Positions 20,697-30,991 are shown, counted from the stretch's first letter. The stretch: DNA of 64,000 nt from Bacteroidia bacterium (GCA_051861545.1 JBIMKP010000022.1:2025-66024); one strand, 5' to 3'. The notes: generated by a model not told the origin, from the sequence alone. Numbers and translations: made by a program.

Positions 20697-21653
20697 TCAA
20701 TTCAACTCAGCTCTTTTAAGTCTGTCATTAATTGCCAAACCCAATCCTGTTTCTGGGAACTTTTCAGCTAAAATTAAATCAGCGTTTTTAGCATCAGCAT
20801 TTCTCATAGCAGCAAATAATAATTGTGCTGCTTCATTTAAATCAGCGTTTTTAGATAGAATAATTTGATTTGTTTCCGGAATATTTTCATCAAAATCTTT
20901 AAAACGAATTCCTATAATATTTTTCGCTTTTAGATTTATTGGAAGCTCATCAAAATTCCCAATTATTAGTCTGGTATTTGGAGCATAATGTCGGCTTAGC
21001 ATACCCGGAGCTTCAGGATTTTCATTGTTCAAAAGTTTACTTTTGTCAAGTGATTTTCCTAAAACACTTTCAATCTCCTCAATAGCTAGGCCACCTAATC
21101 GTAATAGGGCAGGAGTGCTTCCAACAAATGAAATGATAGTTGATTCTAATCCAATTGCACAATTTCCACCATCTAAAACATAGGGTATTTTTTCTCCGAA
21201 TTGCTCATAAACATGTTGAGCGTTTGTAGGACTAATACTACCCGATACATTAGCGCTTGGAGCAGCAAGTGGATAATCCAAAAGTTTTAATAAATCTAAG
21301 CAGATTTTATGATTTGGTATTCTAATAGCAACAGAAGCATGACCAGCAGTGACTATATCTGGAATCTTATTTCCTTTAGGAACCACAAGAGTTAATGGTC
21401 CGGGTGAGAATTTCTCGGCAAGGAGTAAAGCCTCTTCAGGAATCTTAATTCCCCAAGAAAGAAATTTTTCAAAGCTATTGCTATGAATAATTAAAGGATT
21501 AAACTGAGGTCTTCCTTTTGTTTCATAAATTTTAGCAACAGCAGTTCCATTAAAAGCATTGGCTGCTAATCCATACACGGTTTCGGTAGGAATAGCAACC
21601 AATTCTCCATTAGTAAGCAGATTTGCTGCTTTTGAAATATCAGAACCAATCAT
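20697..21653 (-). CDS. tsaC: L-threonylcarbamoyladenylate synthase (Sua5/YrdC family)
   Basis: 318 aa; VAIPTETVYGLAANA motif plus Sua5 C-terminal domain. Confidence 0.85.
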   Translation of the reverse strand: MIGSDISKAANLLTNGELVAIPTETVYGLAANAFNGTAVAKIYETKGRPQFNPLIIHSNSFEKFLSWGIKIPEEALLLAEKFSPGPLTLVVPKGNKIPDIVTAGHASVAIRIPNHKICLDLLKLLDYPLAAPSANVSGSISPTNAQHVYEQFGEKIPYVLDGGNCAIGLESTIISFVGSTPALLRLGGLAIEEIESVLGKSLDKSKLLNNENPEAPGMLSRHYAPNTRLIIGNFDELPINLKAKNIIGIRFKDFDENIPETNQIILSKNADLNEAAQLLFAAMRNADAKNADLILAEKFPETGLGLAINDRLKRAELN

Positions 21654-21659
21654 GGTGCT

Positions 21660-23024
21660 TTATTCAGCTTCGCCTCTTCTTAAGCTGTATTTTTCAATTT
21701 TATTGTAAAGATGACTTCTTTGAATGTCGATTTCTTGAGCTGTTTTAGCCACATTCCATCCATTCTTTTTCAGCTTTTCTTCAATGAAAATTCTTTCTAC
21801 ATATTCTTTAAAATCTTGCAGAGTGCTGAATCTTTCATAGATAGATTTTTCTTCATCACGCGCATTGATTGGATTTGCAAATTTCTGAATGTCTTCAACA
21901 GTTATTCTTTGTTGACCAAGAATTACCAATCTTTCTACAATATTTCTTAATTCACGAATATTTCCACTGAAGTTTAGTTTTTTCAATTCTTCCAGCGATT
22001 GTGGTAAGAAACCTCTTTTTGGAATTCCACTGTCTTCACAAATTTCTCTGATGAATTTTTCAGCCAATAAAGGAATATCTTCTCTTCTTTCACCCAATGA
22101 AGGTACATGAATCAAAATAACACTTAAACGGTGGTATAAGTCCATTCTAAAATTACCTTTTTCAATTTCTTTTAAAAGATTTTTATTGGTTGCAGCAATT
22201 ACTCTAACATCAACATCAATATCTTTTTCACCACCAACACGAGTAATTTTATTTTCCTGCAAAGCTCTTAAAACTTTAGCTTGGGCCGATAAACTCATAT
22301 CTCCGATTTCATCAAGAAATAAAGTACCGCCATTTGATTGTTCAAATTTTCCAATTCTTTGTTTGATAGCCGATGTAAAAGCACCTTTTTCATGTCCAAA
22401 CAATTCACTTTCAATTAATTCAGCAGGAATTGCAGCACAATTTACTTCGATTATTGGCCCTTTAGCTCTATTACTTTTTTCATGAATCCATCGCGCAACT
22501 AATTCTTTTCCGGTGCCATTTTCACCTGTAACTAAAACGCGGGCATCGGTTGGAGCAACTTTTTCAATTGTTTCCAAAATATTTACAATTGCTGGCGTTT
22601 CACCAATAATTTCTCTTGTTTTAGAAACACGTCTCCTAAGAACTTTAGTTTCAATAACTAAGTCCTTTTTATCAACAGCGTTACGTAGAGTGATGAGTAA
22701 TTTGTTCAGGTCTGGGGGCTTCACAATGAAGTCAAAAGCACCTTTTTTTGTAGCTTCAACTGCCATCTCAACATTACCATGTCCGGATATCATAATGAAG
22801 GGTAGGTCTTCGTCGATTTCCCTAGATTTTTCTAGGACTGTCATGCCATCCATCTTAGGCATTTTAACATCACAAAGTACTACATCAAACTCCTCATTTT
22901 CGATTTTATTTAAACCTTCTTCACCGTTCGAAGCTTCATCAACCTGGTAGCTTTCATATTCCAGAATTTCACGAAGTGTGTTACGAATCGCTTTTTCGTC
23001 ATCAATAATTAAAATTTTCGCCAT
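21660..23024 (-). CDS. sigma-54-dependent response regulator (NtrC family)
   Basis: REC domain, AAA+ domain with GESGTGKE-like GENGTGKE and GAFTSA, C-terminal Fis HTH. Confidence 0.85.
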   Translation of the reverse strand: MAKILIIDDEKAIRNTLREILEYESYQVDEASNGEEGLNKIENEEFDVVLCDVKMPKMDGMTVLEKSREIDEDLPFIMISGHGNVEMAVEATKKGAFDFIVKPPDLNKLLITLRNAVDKKDLVIETKVLRRRVSKTREIIGETPAIVNILETIEKVAPTDARVLVTGENGTGKELVARWIHEKSNRAKGPIIEVNCAAIPAELIESELFGHEKGAFTSAIKQRIGKFEQSNGGTLFLDEIGDMSLSAQAKVLRALQENKITRVGGEKDIDVDVRVIAATNKNLLKEIEKGNFRMDLYHRLSVILIHVPSLGERREDIPLLAEKFIREICEDSGIPKRGFLPQSLEELKKLNFSGNIRELRNIVERLVILGQQRITVEDIQKFANPINARDEEKSIYERFSTLQDFKEYVERIFIEEKLKKNGWNVAKTAQEIDIQRSHLYNKIEKYSLRRGEAE

Positions 23025-23104
23025 ATCTTGTGTGCACTTAGAGGTGTAAAAGTGACAAATTTTGTATACAATTAAAACCTTGTTGATATTTGGTTGATTA
23101 AAAC

Positions 23105-23977
23105 ATGCTGATGAACCTGGATATAGTCATTTCGAAAGTTTTGGGAAAGCCCGCTCATATTTATGGTGTTTACCATGTAGGAGGTGGTTCTATTAATCAG
23201 ACCTACAAGGTGTTAACTGATGTTGGTACCTATTTTGTAAAGGTAAATAATGTTCAAACTTATCCTAAATTTTTTGAAAAAGAATTAAGTGGATTGAAGT
23301 TTCTAAAAGAAGCAAATTGTTTAAATGTTGTTCAAGCTTTAGGATGTTTTCATCATGAACAATATAATTATTTGGTTTTAGAGTGGATTGAAGAAGGACC
23401 AATGATGAATAATTATTGGGAGGAATTAGGAGAAGGATTGGCCAAGCTACATTTAAAGACCAATAAATATTTTGGATTTTCAGAAGATAATTATTTGAGC
23501 TCTTTGCCTCAAATAAATTCAAAAAACAGTAGCTGGGCAGATTTTTATATTGAACAAAGATTAGAGCCTTTAGTTAAACGCGCTTCAGATTTAGCTCTTA
23601 TTGATTCACAGATAGCAAAAAAGCTTGTTGATTATTATAAACTGGTTGAATCAGTATTTCCGGATGAACCTCCTGCATTATTACATGGAGATTTGTGGAA
23701 AGGGAATGTTTTGGCAAATGAAGAAGGCAAGCCAACCTTAATTGATCCTGCAATTTATTTCGGTCATAGAGAAATGGATATTGCCATGACTCAGTTTGTA
23801 GGAAAATTTCCAAATGAATTTTACGATGCCTACCAATCAGTTTATCCTTTAAAGGAGGATTGGGAATATAGAATGGACTTCTGTTTGATTTATTATCAAC
23901 TAGTCCATTTGAATTTATTCGGCAACTCCTATTTAAACCAGTTATCCGGCAATTTAGATAGGTGGCTTGGAATTTAA
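23105..23977 (+). CDS. fructosamine/ketosamine kinase family protein
   Basis: 290 aa; LLHGDLWKGN catalytic loop; IDPAIYFGHREMD. Confidence 0.8.
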   Translation: MLMNLDIVISKVLGKPAHIYGVYHVGGGSINQTYKVLTDVGTYFVKVNNVQTYPKFFEKELSGLKFLKEANCLNVVQALGCFHHEQYNYLVLEWIEEGPMMNNYWEELGEGLAKLHLKTNKYFGFSEDNYLSSLPQINSKNSSWADFYIEQRLEPLVKRASDLALIDSQIAKKLVDYYKLVESVFPDEPPALLHGDLWKGNVLANEEGKPTLIDPAIYFGHREMDIAMTQFVGKFPNEFYDAYQSVYPLKEDWEYRMDFCLIYYQLVHLNLFGNSYLNQLSGNLDRWLGI

Positions 23978-24027
23978 ATACTTTATTCGTTACTTTACAT
24001 AAACAATAAAGCTAATAGTGTAAAGAT

Positions 24028-24201
24028 ATGAATCAACAAGTAAACTCGAAAGCCTTGATTTTCATGCTGGGAACAGGCGTTTTATTCTGCTTAATCATGA
24101 TATTTATCGTGGCCACTGGATTTGAAATCGATTTGAATGGTGCCATTGAAGATGGAGTAGAAAAGGAATTAATGAGCGTTTTTAGAAGCTCCGGTAGATA
24201 A
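24028..24201 (+). CDS. small hypothetical membrane protein (57 aa)
   Basis: MNQQVNSKALIFMLGTGVLFCLIMIFIVATGF...; single TM; not on the ORF track (below the length cutoff). Confidence 0.3.
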   Translation: MNQQVNSKALIFMLGTGVLFCLIMIFIVATGFEIDLNGAIEDGVEKELMSVFRSSGR

Positions 24202-24304
24202 GTAAAAACCGCCACTTATCAAATTAATGCTGTTTAAATTAATTTTTAAGCAGCTCGACCCGAAATTGATTTTTTAAAGTTCTATATTTTTGATTGAAGA
24301 AAAA

Positions 24305-24327
24305 AAGGGGCAATTGCCCCTTTTTTA
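24305..24327 (-). terminator. intrinsic terminator of rnpB
   Basis: GGGGCAATTGCCCC perfect hairpin flanked by A7/T6 runs. Confidence 0.8.
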
Positions 24328-24328
24328 C

Positions 24329-24701
24329 AAAATCATAAGCCGGGTTCTGTTATTAAACATTGCTGTTTAATTGGCTATCATTTCTCTTGGCCTGACGTTG
24401 CCATCAGGCTCTAGCAGTCTACCCACCTCAATATAATTTCCGAAGAAATTAAGCAAACGAGCAGTTTGACGATTGAGGCCTATTTGACCTTGCAACCCAT
24501 AAGGTTTACATTGCCTTCTTTATCACTAAAGAAGCGGTGGGCTCTTACTCCACCATTTCACCCTTACCAATTTAAATAAATAAACTGGCGGTATACTTTC
24601 TGTTGCACTTTCTGTATTTCTTGCGAAATCCTGTCTGTTAGGCAGTATGGTGCTCTGTGTTGCCCGGACTTTCCTCTGATTACTCAGCGATAACCGATTT
24701 T
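24329..24701 (-). ncRNA. rnpB: RNase P RNA, bacterial type A
   Basis: Minus-strand transcript contains GAGGAAAGUCCGGGC (P4), ACAGAAAGUGCAACAGAAA, GGUAAGGGUGAAAUGGUGGAGUAAGAGCCCACC (P10-P12) and the 3' ACAGAACCCGGCUUAU (P4 3' strand), all universal RNase P RNA signatures. Confidence 0.85.
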
Positions 24702-24716
24702 GCTTGACAAAGGTAA

Positions 24717-26798
24717 TTAAAAGGGATAGCTTTTCTCTAAATATGAATACGTATCGTATTGTGCCCTGATTTTTATATCATAACTTGGGTTGTAATTAAT
24801 AGAATCGTCGATTCCATTCATAATACGAGCTTTACAGTTATCAGATAATTGTATTTGAAGAATGTCTTTTATAATCCTTTTATTTTTTTCAGAGTAAATT
24901 GGAAACCCACATTCAATTCTGTTTGATAGATTTCTTGTCATCCAATCAGCCGAAGCTAGATATATCTTTTCTTTTCCTCCATTATGAAACACGAAAATTC
25001 TTGCATGTTCTAAATACCTGTCAATAATTGATATTACCCTGATATTCTCTGAAAGATTTCCAATTCCAGCAACTAAACAACAAATACCTCTAACTATTAA
25101 ATCTATTTTTACTCCGGCTTTGCTTGCATCATATAATTTTTTAATGATGTCAACATCTACCAATGAATTCATTTTAGCAATGATTGAAGCTTCTTTACCT
25201 TGATTAGCAAATTGAATTTCCTTATCAATTAATTCAAGAAACTGCTTCTTCATGAATTCTGGTGCTACTAATAAATGATTAAATCCTGTTCTTCTAATAT
25301 TCGTAAATAAAATGTCAGTTAACATATCTATTTCATTTGTTAGGTTTTTATCTTTTGTAAATAAGGCAAAATCGCTGTAAAGTCGGGCTGTTACTCCATT
25401 ATAATTGCCCGTTGATAGATGAGCATATTTTGCAATGGTTCCATTCTCTTTTCTTTGAATCTGGCATATTTTTGAATGAACTTTTTGACCAGGTTTGCCA
25501 AAATGAACGTGTGCTCCAGCTTCTTGTAATTGATTGGTCCAGTAAATATTCGACTCTTCATCAAATCTGGCTTGTAATTCCATTAATACAATAACTTTTT
25601 TGCCGTTTTTAATAGCATTAATTAGTGCATTAACAACATTACTATTTTTAGCAACCCTATATAATGTAATTCTAATACTAACTACGTTTGGATCAATTGC
25701 AGATTCTCTTAATAGTCTTATCAGATAATCGAATGATTGATATGGATGATGAACCAAAATATCTTCATGTGATATTACATCAAACATGGTTTTGGCTTTA
25801 TCAAAGGTTTTTACTGGTAGCGCAGGAAGTGCTTCAAAATAATCATCTTTTAACCCAACTTTAGGGAAATCCATAAAATCTTTGAAATTATGATATCTGC
25901 CTCCTGGAATAAGATTTACATTCTTTAATTCTAATTTTTTAATGAGTAAATCAAGCATATATCTTGGCATTTTCTCATCATAAACAAACCTGGTAGGACT
26001 TCCTTTTGAGCGTTGTTTTAAGCTTTTTTGGATTTTATCGAGTAAACTTACCGAGTAATTTTCTTCATCTTGACTAATTGTAAATTCAGCATCTCTTGTC
26101 ATTTTGATAACAAATGCTTCAAATTTGTCGAAGTCGAAAATTGAGAAAACACTAGGCAAATAAGCTCTAATAATATTTTCTAGTAGAATAATATGAGTGT
26201 CGTTTCCACCTTTTGGGAGGATATAAAATCTACTAACAATATTTGTTGGAACTTCTAAAATCGCATGTTTAGGCTCTACATTTCCATCAGAAGAAAACAT
26301 TCGAACCGCTAAATAAATGCTTCTATCTCTTAAATGTGGTGCTGATTTTAAATCGTCAATTAATACTGGAAATATATGAGAAATGATGTTTAAGCGAAAA
26401 TGTTCCTTCATTACGATGAGTTCATTTTCAGTTAATTCATATTCTTCTTTTAAATAAATTCCTCTTTTTCCTAGTTCAGGAATGATTTGATTGTTATAAA
26501 CAGATGTAAATCTATCTTGTAATGAAACAACTATTCTTTGAATTTCTGACAAAATTTCATCTGGTGAAGATTGAAATTCACTGATACTTTTCTTGCCATT
26601 AATTTTTTGAACCTTCCTAATTTGAGCAACTCTTACCCTAAAGAATTCGTCTAAATTAGAAGAGAAAATTGCTAAAAACTTGATTCTTTCCATTAATGGA
26701 GTATCCGCATTTTCAGCCTCTTGAAGCACTCTTTCATTAAAATGCAACCAGCTAATTTCTCTATCTCTAAATAAATATCCTTTGCGGTCTTTAATCAT
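24717..26798 (-). CDS. ppk: polyphosphate kinase 1
   Basis: 693 aa; PPK1 N, H and two PLD-like C domains (HSKICQIQRKENG, HLSTGNYN). Confidence 0.9.
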   Translation of the reverse strand: MIKDRKGYLFRDREISWLHFNERVLQEAENADTPLMERIKFLAIFSSNLDEFFRVRVAQIRKVQKINGKKSISEFQSSPDEILSEIQRIVVSLQDRFTSVYNNQIIPELGKRGIYLKEEYELTENELIVMKEHFRLNIISHIFPVLIDDLKSAPHLRDRSIYLAVRMFSSDGNVEPKHAILEVPTNIVSRFYILPKGGNDTHIILLENIIRAYLPSVFSIFDFDKFEAFVIKMTRDAEFTISQDEENYSVSLLDKIQKSLKQRSKGSPTRFVYDEKMPRYMLDLLIKKLELKNVNLIPGGRYHNFKDFMDFPKVGLKDDYFEALPALPVKTFDKAKTMFDVISHEDILVHHPYQSFDYLIRLLRESAIDPNVVSIRITLYRVAKNSNVVNALINAIKNGKKVIVLMELQARFDEESNIYWTNQLQEAGAHVHFGKPGQKVHSKICQIQRKENGTIAKYAHLSTGNYNGVTARLYSDFALFTKDKNLTNEIDMLTDILFTNIRRTGFNHLLVAPEFMKKQFLELIDKEIQFANQGKEASIIAKMNSLVDVDIIKKLYDASKAGVKIDLIVRGICCLVAGIGNLSENIRVISIIDRYLEHARIFVFHNGGKEKIYLASADWMTRNLSNRIECGFPIYSEKNKRIIKDILQIQLSDNCKARIMNGIDDSINYNPSYDIKIRAQYDTYSYLEKSYPF

Positions 26799-26934
26799 GA
26801 TTTTTAAACAAGTCTAATCCTACAAAAATGTAAAAATATAGGTTAACGAATTGTTAAATGTTTAAGACGATATTAAAGGATTTTTTTGTAAATTGGGCAT
26901 GGTTATTGAAATTTGTACTTCTAAATTTAAAAAT

Positions 26935-27231
26935 ATGGCTCATTTTATGGTTGAAATGTTCTTACCCGAAATTCTGGATATGGAGTTTATGCAGATGATT
27001 CCATCACATAGAGCCTATGTAGATCAATTGATTTCTGAAGGTAAAATTCTTACTTATACTGTAAACGAAGAAAGAACCAAAGGCTGGATTATTTTTGATG
27101 CAGAAGAAGCCGAGGAGGTTTTAGATATTGTTCAACAATTTCCTATCAACAGATTTTTAACCTTTGAAATACATTCATTAATGATTCATGATGGAGAAGC
27201 TTTTAGATTCCCCAAACTTCATTTGAATTAA
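26935..27231 (+). CDS. hypothetical small protein (possible dimeric alpha/beta-barrel, muconolactone-isomerase-like)
   Basis: MAHFMVEMFLPEIL... resembles the MLFHVKM N-terminus of muconolactone isomerase family; weak. Confidence 0.35.
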   Translation: MAHFMVEMFLPEILDMEFMQMIPSHRAYVDQLISEGKILTYTVNEERTKGWIIFDAEEAEEVLDIVQQFPINRFLTFEIHSLMIHDGEAFRFPKLHLN

Positions 27232-27650
27232 TCTAAAAATGTAATTTTAAAATCAATCGGACAAACCATACTTAACATGGCACTAACTCCACAATATTTG
27301 TCCTTGGATAATTCGACTGCTTTCAACATTTTTTCTTCATCCTCTTTTTTTACTTTGATTTTATATTCCAAGTAAATTCGGGTATAAATTTTCGGATGTT
27401 CATCTCGCAAATCAGCTTTAACATTCAAAGCAAAATCACTAAAATCTACCCTCATTTTCTGCAATAAACTCACAATATCCATTCCTGTGCAAGCGCCTAA
27501 TGAGCTTAATATAAGTGCTTTTGGTCTTGGGCCTTTATCCTTTCCTCCACCAGATTCTGAGGAATCAATTGTTAAATGATGTCCATCTATAATTGAATCA
27601 AATTCAAAGCCTTCTTTCCAGCTGGTTTCTACTTCATGTAAAGTTGACAT
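27228..27650 (-). CDS. OsmC/Ohr family peroxiredoxin-like protein
   Basis: LGACTGMDIV and KYCGVSAM two-Cys motifs. The start was chosen at the internal Met (MSTLHEV); the ORF-track N-terminal extension overlaps the upstream gene. Confidence 0.75.
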   Translation of the reverse strand: MSTLHEVETSWKEGFEFDSIIDGHHLTIDSSESGGGKDKGPRPKALILSSLGACTGMDIVSLLQKMRVDFSDFALNVKADLRDEHPKIYTRIYLEYKIKVKKEDEEKMLKAVELSKDKYCGVSAMLSMVCPIDFKITFLD

Positions 27651-27651
27651 A

Positions 27652-27864
27652 TTATATACTTGTTTCTTTTTTTTCTTTGGCTTTAAATCCATCACCCGCA
27701 ATTGCTCCCATAAACAATCCATAAGCAGAACTTCTATAAGGATTTGAAGTAATTGCACATGTACCATCAGCACAACCAACAAAATACCAATAAGCTAGTC
27801 CAGCAAATCCTCCAATTACTGCTCCAATAATTGTTGTTTTATGTTTAAATATAAATTCCTTCAT
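27652..27864 (-). CDS. small membrane protein with CADGTC motif
   Basis: 70 aa; two hydrophobic segments with glycine-zipper character. Confidence 0.5.
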   Translation of the reverse strand: MKEFIFKHKTTIIGAVIGGFAGLAYWYFVGCADGTCAITSNPYRSSAYGLFMGAIAGDGFKAKEKKETSI

Positions 27865-27897
27865 CTAATAAAATATTATGTTTTTTCTTGATTCTTT

Positions 27898-29280
27898 TTA
27901 TTTGGGGATTACCAACAAATAACCTGCTTCTTTAATTTTATTTATTCCTCCATGCACATTTTTAACATGATTGAATCCATGTTTTTTCATCATTGAACTT
28001 GCCATCATACTTCTGTAACCACCAGCACAATGGATCAAATATTTCTTATTAGGATTTAAATTTTCTAATGCTTTTTCAAGTTTTGAAAGTGGAATTAACT
28101 CAGCACCTTCAACAAAACCATTACTCCATTCTGATGGATTTCTAACATCAATTACAGTTGGATTTTCTATTCCTAATTCTTCTGCGAAAACTTCAGGTTC
28201 AATGCTTTCAACTACTTCAATATTTTTGCCAGCTTTAATCCATGAATCAAAACCACCATCTAAATAACCAAAAACATGTTCATAACCAACTCTTGCCAAT
28301 CTTAGAATTGCTTCTTTTTCTTTTCCTTCATCTGCAATTACAATAATTGGTTTTCCATGGTCGATTAACGAACCTACCCACACTGCATATTGTCCTTCTA
28401 ATCCAATATTTATTGAGCCAGGAATAAAACCTTTTTCAAAAATTTCTGCGGTTCTTGCATCTAAAATTATGGTGCCTTTTTCAATTTCTTCAACTACTTG
28501 TTCAACTCTTAATGCAACAGCATTTCTGCTCATTACTTCATCAATATTTCTATAGCCTTTTTTGTTAATTGCTGCATCAATAAAAAAGTATTTTGGTGGC
28601 TCATCTAATCCGCTTGCTACTTTTTCAACAAATTCTTCCTTGGTTTCACAAGCCAATGCATAATTTGATGTTCTTTGAATACCAATGGTGGTTGATGTTT
28701 CTTTCCCAATGTTTTTACCGCATGCCGAACCAGCACCATGTCCAGGATAAACAATAACATCATCATGTAAAACCATCAATTTGTCATAAATTGAATCATA
28801 TAATAAACCTGCTAAATCTTCTTTTGATAAATCTGATTTTACTGCTAAATCAGGTCTTCCAACATCACCTGCAAACAATGTATCTCCGGTAAATACAGCA
28901 TGATTATTTCCATTTTCATCAATCAGTAATAAACATGATGATTCTAATGTATGTCCAGGTGTATGTAATAATTTTAGTTGGATATCACCAAGTTTAAATA
29001 CTTCACCATCTTGTGCTACATACATGTTAAATTCTGAAACAGCGCTTGGTCCATATACAATTGTTGCTCCAGTTTTAGCAGCTAAATCAATATGACCCGA
29101 TACAAAATCTGCATGAAAATGAGTTTCAAAAACATATTTTATTTTGGCATTTCTTTGCTCAGCTATTTCAATATATGGACTAGTTTCTCTTAAAGGATCT
29201 ATAATTGCAGCTTCACCATTACTTTCTATATAATAAGCTGCTTCGGCTAGACAATTGGTGTATAATTGTTGAATGTACAT
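27898..29280 (-). CDS. MBL-fold metallo-hydrolase fused to rhodanese domains (persulfide dioxygenase-like)
   Basis: 460 aa; HFHADFVSGH metal-binding motif; C-terminal rhodanese Cys loop (HCAGGYRS). Confidence 0.8.
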   Translation of the reverse strand: MYIQQLYTNCLAEAAYYIESNGEAAIIDPLRETSPYIEIAEQRNAKIKYVFETHFHADFVSGHIDLAAKTGATIVYGPSAVSEFNMYVAQDGEVFKLGDIQLKLLHTPGHTLESSCLLLIDENGNNHAVFTGDTLFAGDVGRPDLAVKSDLSKEDLAGLLYDSIYDKLMVLHDDVIVYPGHGAGSACGKNIGKETSTTIGIQRTSNYALACETKEEFVEKVASGLDEPPKYFFIDAAINKKGYRNIDEVMSRNAVALRVEQVVEEIEKGTIILDARTAEIFEKGFIPGSINIGLEGQYAVWVGSLIDHGKPIIVIADEGKEKEAILRLARVGYEHVFGYLDGGFDSWIKAGKNIEVVESIEPEVFAEELGIENPTVIDVRNPSEWSNGFVEGAELIPLSKLEKALENLNPNKKYLIHCAGGYRSMMASSMMKKHGFNHVKNVHGGINKIKEAGYLLVIPK

Positions 29281-29393
29281 AAGATTTAAATTTTATTCAA
29301 AGCTTTAAAATACATGTAAAATTAGGTTGATAGGCATCAAGTAATTTTATGATTTTAATTTTGATTGAATGTAATACTGCTTTCAAAACCAAA

Positions 29394-29711
29394 TCAATAA
29401 TTACAATTACACTTATCCATTAAATTTATAACAGCACATAGTTCCTTCTCCTTTAAACTATATATAACTTTAGTTCCTTCTTTTTTGGCCAAAAGAATTC
29501 CTTTTAGTTTCATGTTTATTAAATGGTGTGAAATTAATGATTGTTCGCAATTCGTTTCTAAACATATTTCACTAACTGTACTTGGACCATTATCATTTAA
29601 AAAACTAATAATTGCCAATCTGGTAGGATGAGCAATTGTTTTAAGAATAAATGCTGCTTTTTCTAGTTTTTTTGTTTCAATCATAATTCTTATGTACAAA
29701 TATATGAACAT
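29394..29711 (-). CDS. ArsR/SmtB family transcriptional regulator
   Basis: HPTRLAIISFL...STVSEICLETNCEQSLISHHL winged-HTH; several Cys residues. Confidence 0.75.
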   Translation of the reverse strand: MFIYLYIRIMIETKKLEKAAFILKTIAHPTRLAIISFLNDNGPSTVSEICLETNCEQSLISHHLINMKLKGILLAKKEGTKVIYSLKEKELCAVINLMDKCNCNY

Positions 29712-29769
29712 ATATTCATATAAGCAAGAGGCTATAATATCTCATCCCAAGTATTGGAAACATTGAAGT

Positions 29770-30927
29770 ATGAGGCTAAATTCCGTTATTTGTAAGCATA
29801 TGAACATTGGATTTGACGCAAAAAGAGCTTTTCATAATAAAACGGGTTTGGGTAACTATAGCCGTAGTTTTATTAAAGCTTTAATTGATGAAAAGTCTGA
29901 TAATCAATTATATTTATTTACACCTGAGATTGGTGACTTAGGTCAGGAGTTTTTAAATAAACATGATGTAAAAATCGTTATACCCACAAAAAAAATCCAT
30001 CAGTTTTTGCCCACTTATTGGAGAAGTCATGGTTTATTAGACGAAATTAAAAGGGATAAAATTCAGATTTTTCATGGCTTAAGTAATGAATTACCTGTTG
30101 GAATTGAAAGGTTAGCTATTAAAAAAGTGGTTACAATTCATGACTTAATTTTTTTAAGGTTTCCTGAATTATATCCTCCCATTGATAGGAGAATTTATGA
30201 AAGAAAGTTTAAATCGGCAGTAGTAAGAGCTGATAAAATTTTTGCATGTAGTCAGCAAACCTCTACGGATATTCAAGAGTTTTATGGTATAGATGAATCT
30301 AAAATTGAAGTAGTTTATCAGGATTGTGGAATTCATTTCAGGAAGAAACATTCTGATGATGAAAAAAACTCTTTTCTACTTAAACATCAATTACCACAAA
30401 AGTTTATTCTTAGTGTTGGTACCCTAGAAAAACGTAAAAATCAATTGTTACTATTGAAAGCCTTTCATGAGGCAAACTTGCAAGATAACAGTTTAATATT
30501 TTTAGGAAAAAAGGCCGATTTATATTCAGATATGTTGCAATATGTAAGGTTAAATGGCCTTCAAAACAAGGTATTTTTTTTAGATAAAATAGAAGAGGAG
30601 GAGCTACCAATTTTATATCAATCGGCTTTTGCGTTTGCTTATATTAGTAAATTTGAAGGGTTTGGAATTCCAATACTCGAGGCTTTAAGAAGTGGAGTTC
30701 CAGTGCTTAGTTCTAAACAATCAAGTTTACCAGAAGTTGCGGGAAATGCGGCTTTGTATTCTGATTTTAATGATGCCGAAACACTTATTTCCAATTTAAA
30801 GGAAATTTCAGGAAATCCTGAATTACGCTTTAAATTAATAAATTTAGGATATGCTCAAGCTTCTAAATTTGATTCAGATAAAATTGCTAAACAGGTGATT
30901 TCTAATTACGAAGGACTCTTATTATAA
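29770..30927 (+). CDS. glycosyltransferase family 4 (GT-B)
   Basis: EGFGIPILEALRSGVPVL EX7E-type motif; the real start is possibly Met at 29800. Confidence 0.8.
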   Translation: MRLNSVICKHMNIGFDAKRAFHNKTGLGNYSRSFIKALIDEKSDNQLYLFTPEIGDLGQEFLNKHDVKIVIPTKKIHQFLPTYWRSHGLLDEIKRDKIQIFHGLSNELPVGIERLAIKKVVTIHDLIFLRFPELYPPIDRRIYERKFKSAVVRADKIFACSQQTSTDIQEFYGIDESKIEVVYQDCGIHFRKKHSDDEKNSFLLKHQLPQKFILSVGTLEKRKNQLLLLKAFHEANLQDNSLIFLGKKADLYSDMLQYVRLNGLQNKVFFLDKIEEEELPILYQSAFAFAYISKFEGFGIPILEALRSGVPVLSSKQSSLPEVAGNAALYSDFNDAETLISNLKEISGNPELRFKLINLGYAQASKFDSDKIAKQVISNYEGLLL

Positions 30928-30991
30928 AGATTATCCAAACTTCAATCATAATAAAACAAAGAGAGTCTATGGCTTTTTATATTTTTGTGAT

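Noticed and set aside
22186-22950. Two plus-strand ORFs (99 and 145 aa) inside the sigma-54 regulator gene
   Set aside because: They are antisense shadows of a strongly supported 454-aa NtrC-family gene. Their Ser/Thr-rich composition is typical of reverse-frame artefacts.
27228-27782. Full 184-aa OsmC ORF as given on the track, including the N-terminal extension with a KKKKK run
   Set aside because: The extension overlaps the upstream 70-aa gene. It is hydrophobic and Lys-rich purely because of a T10 homopolymer (27664..27675) read in another frame. The internal Met at 27650 gives a normal ~140-aa OsmC.
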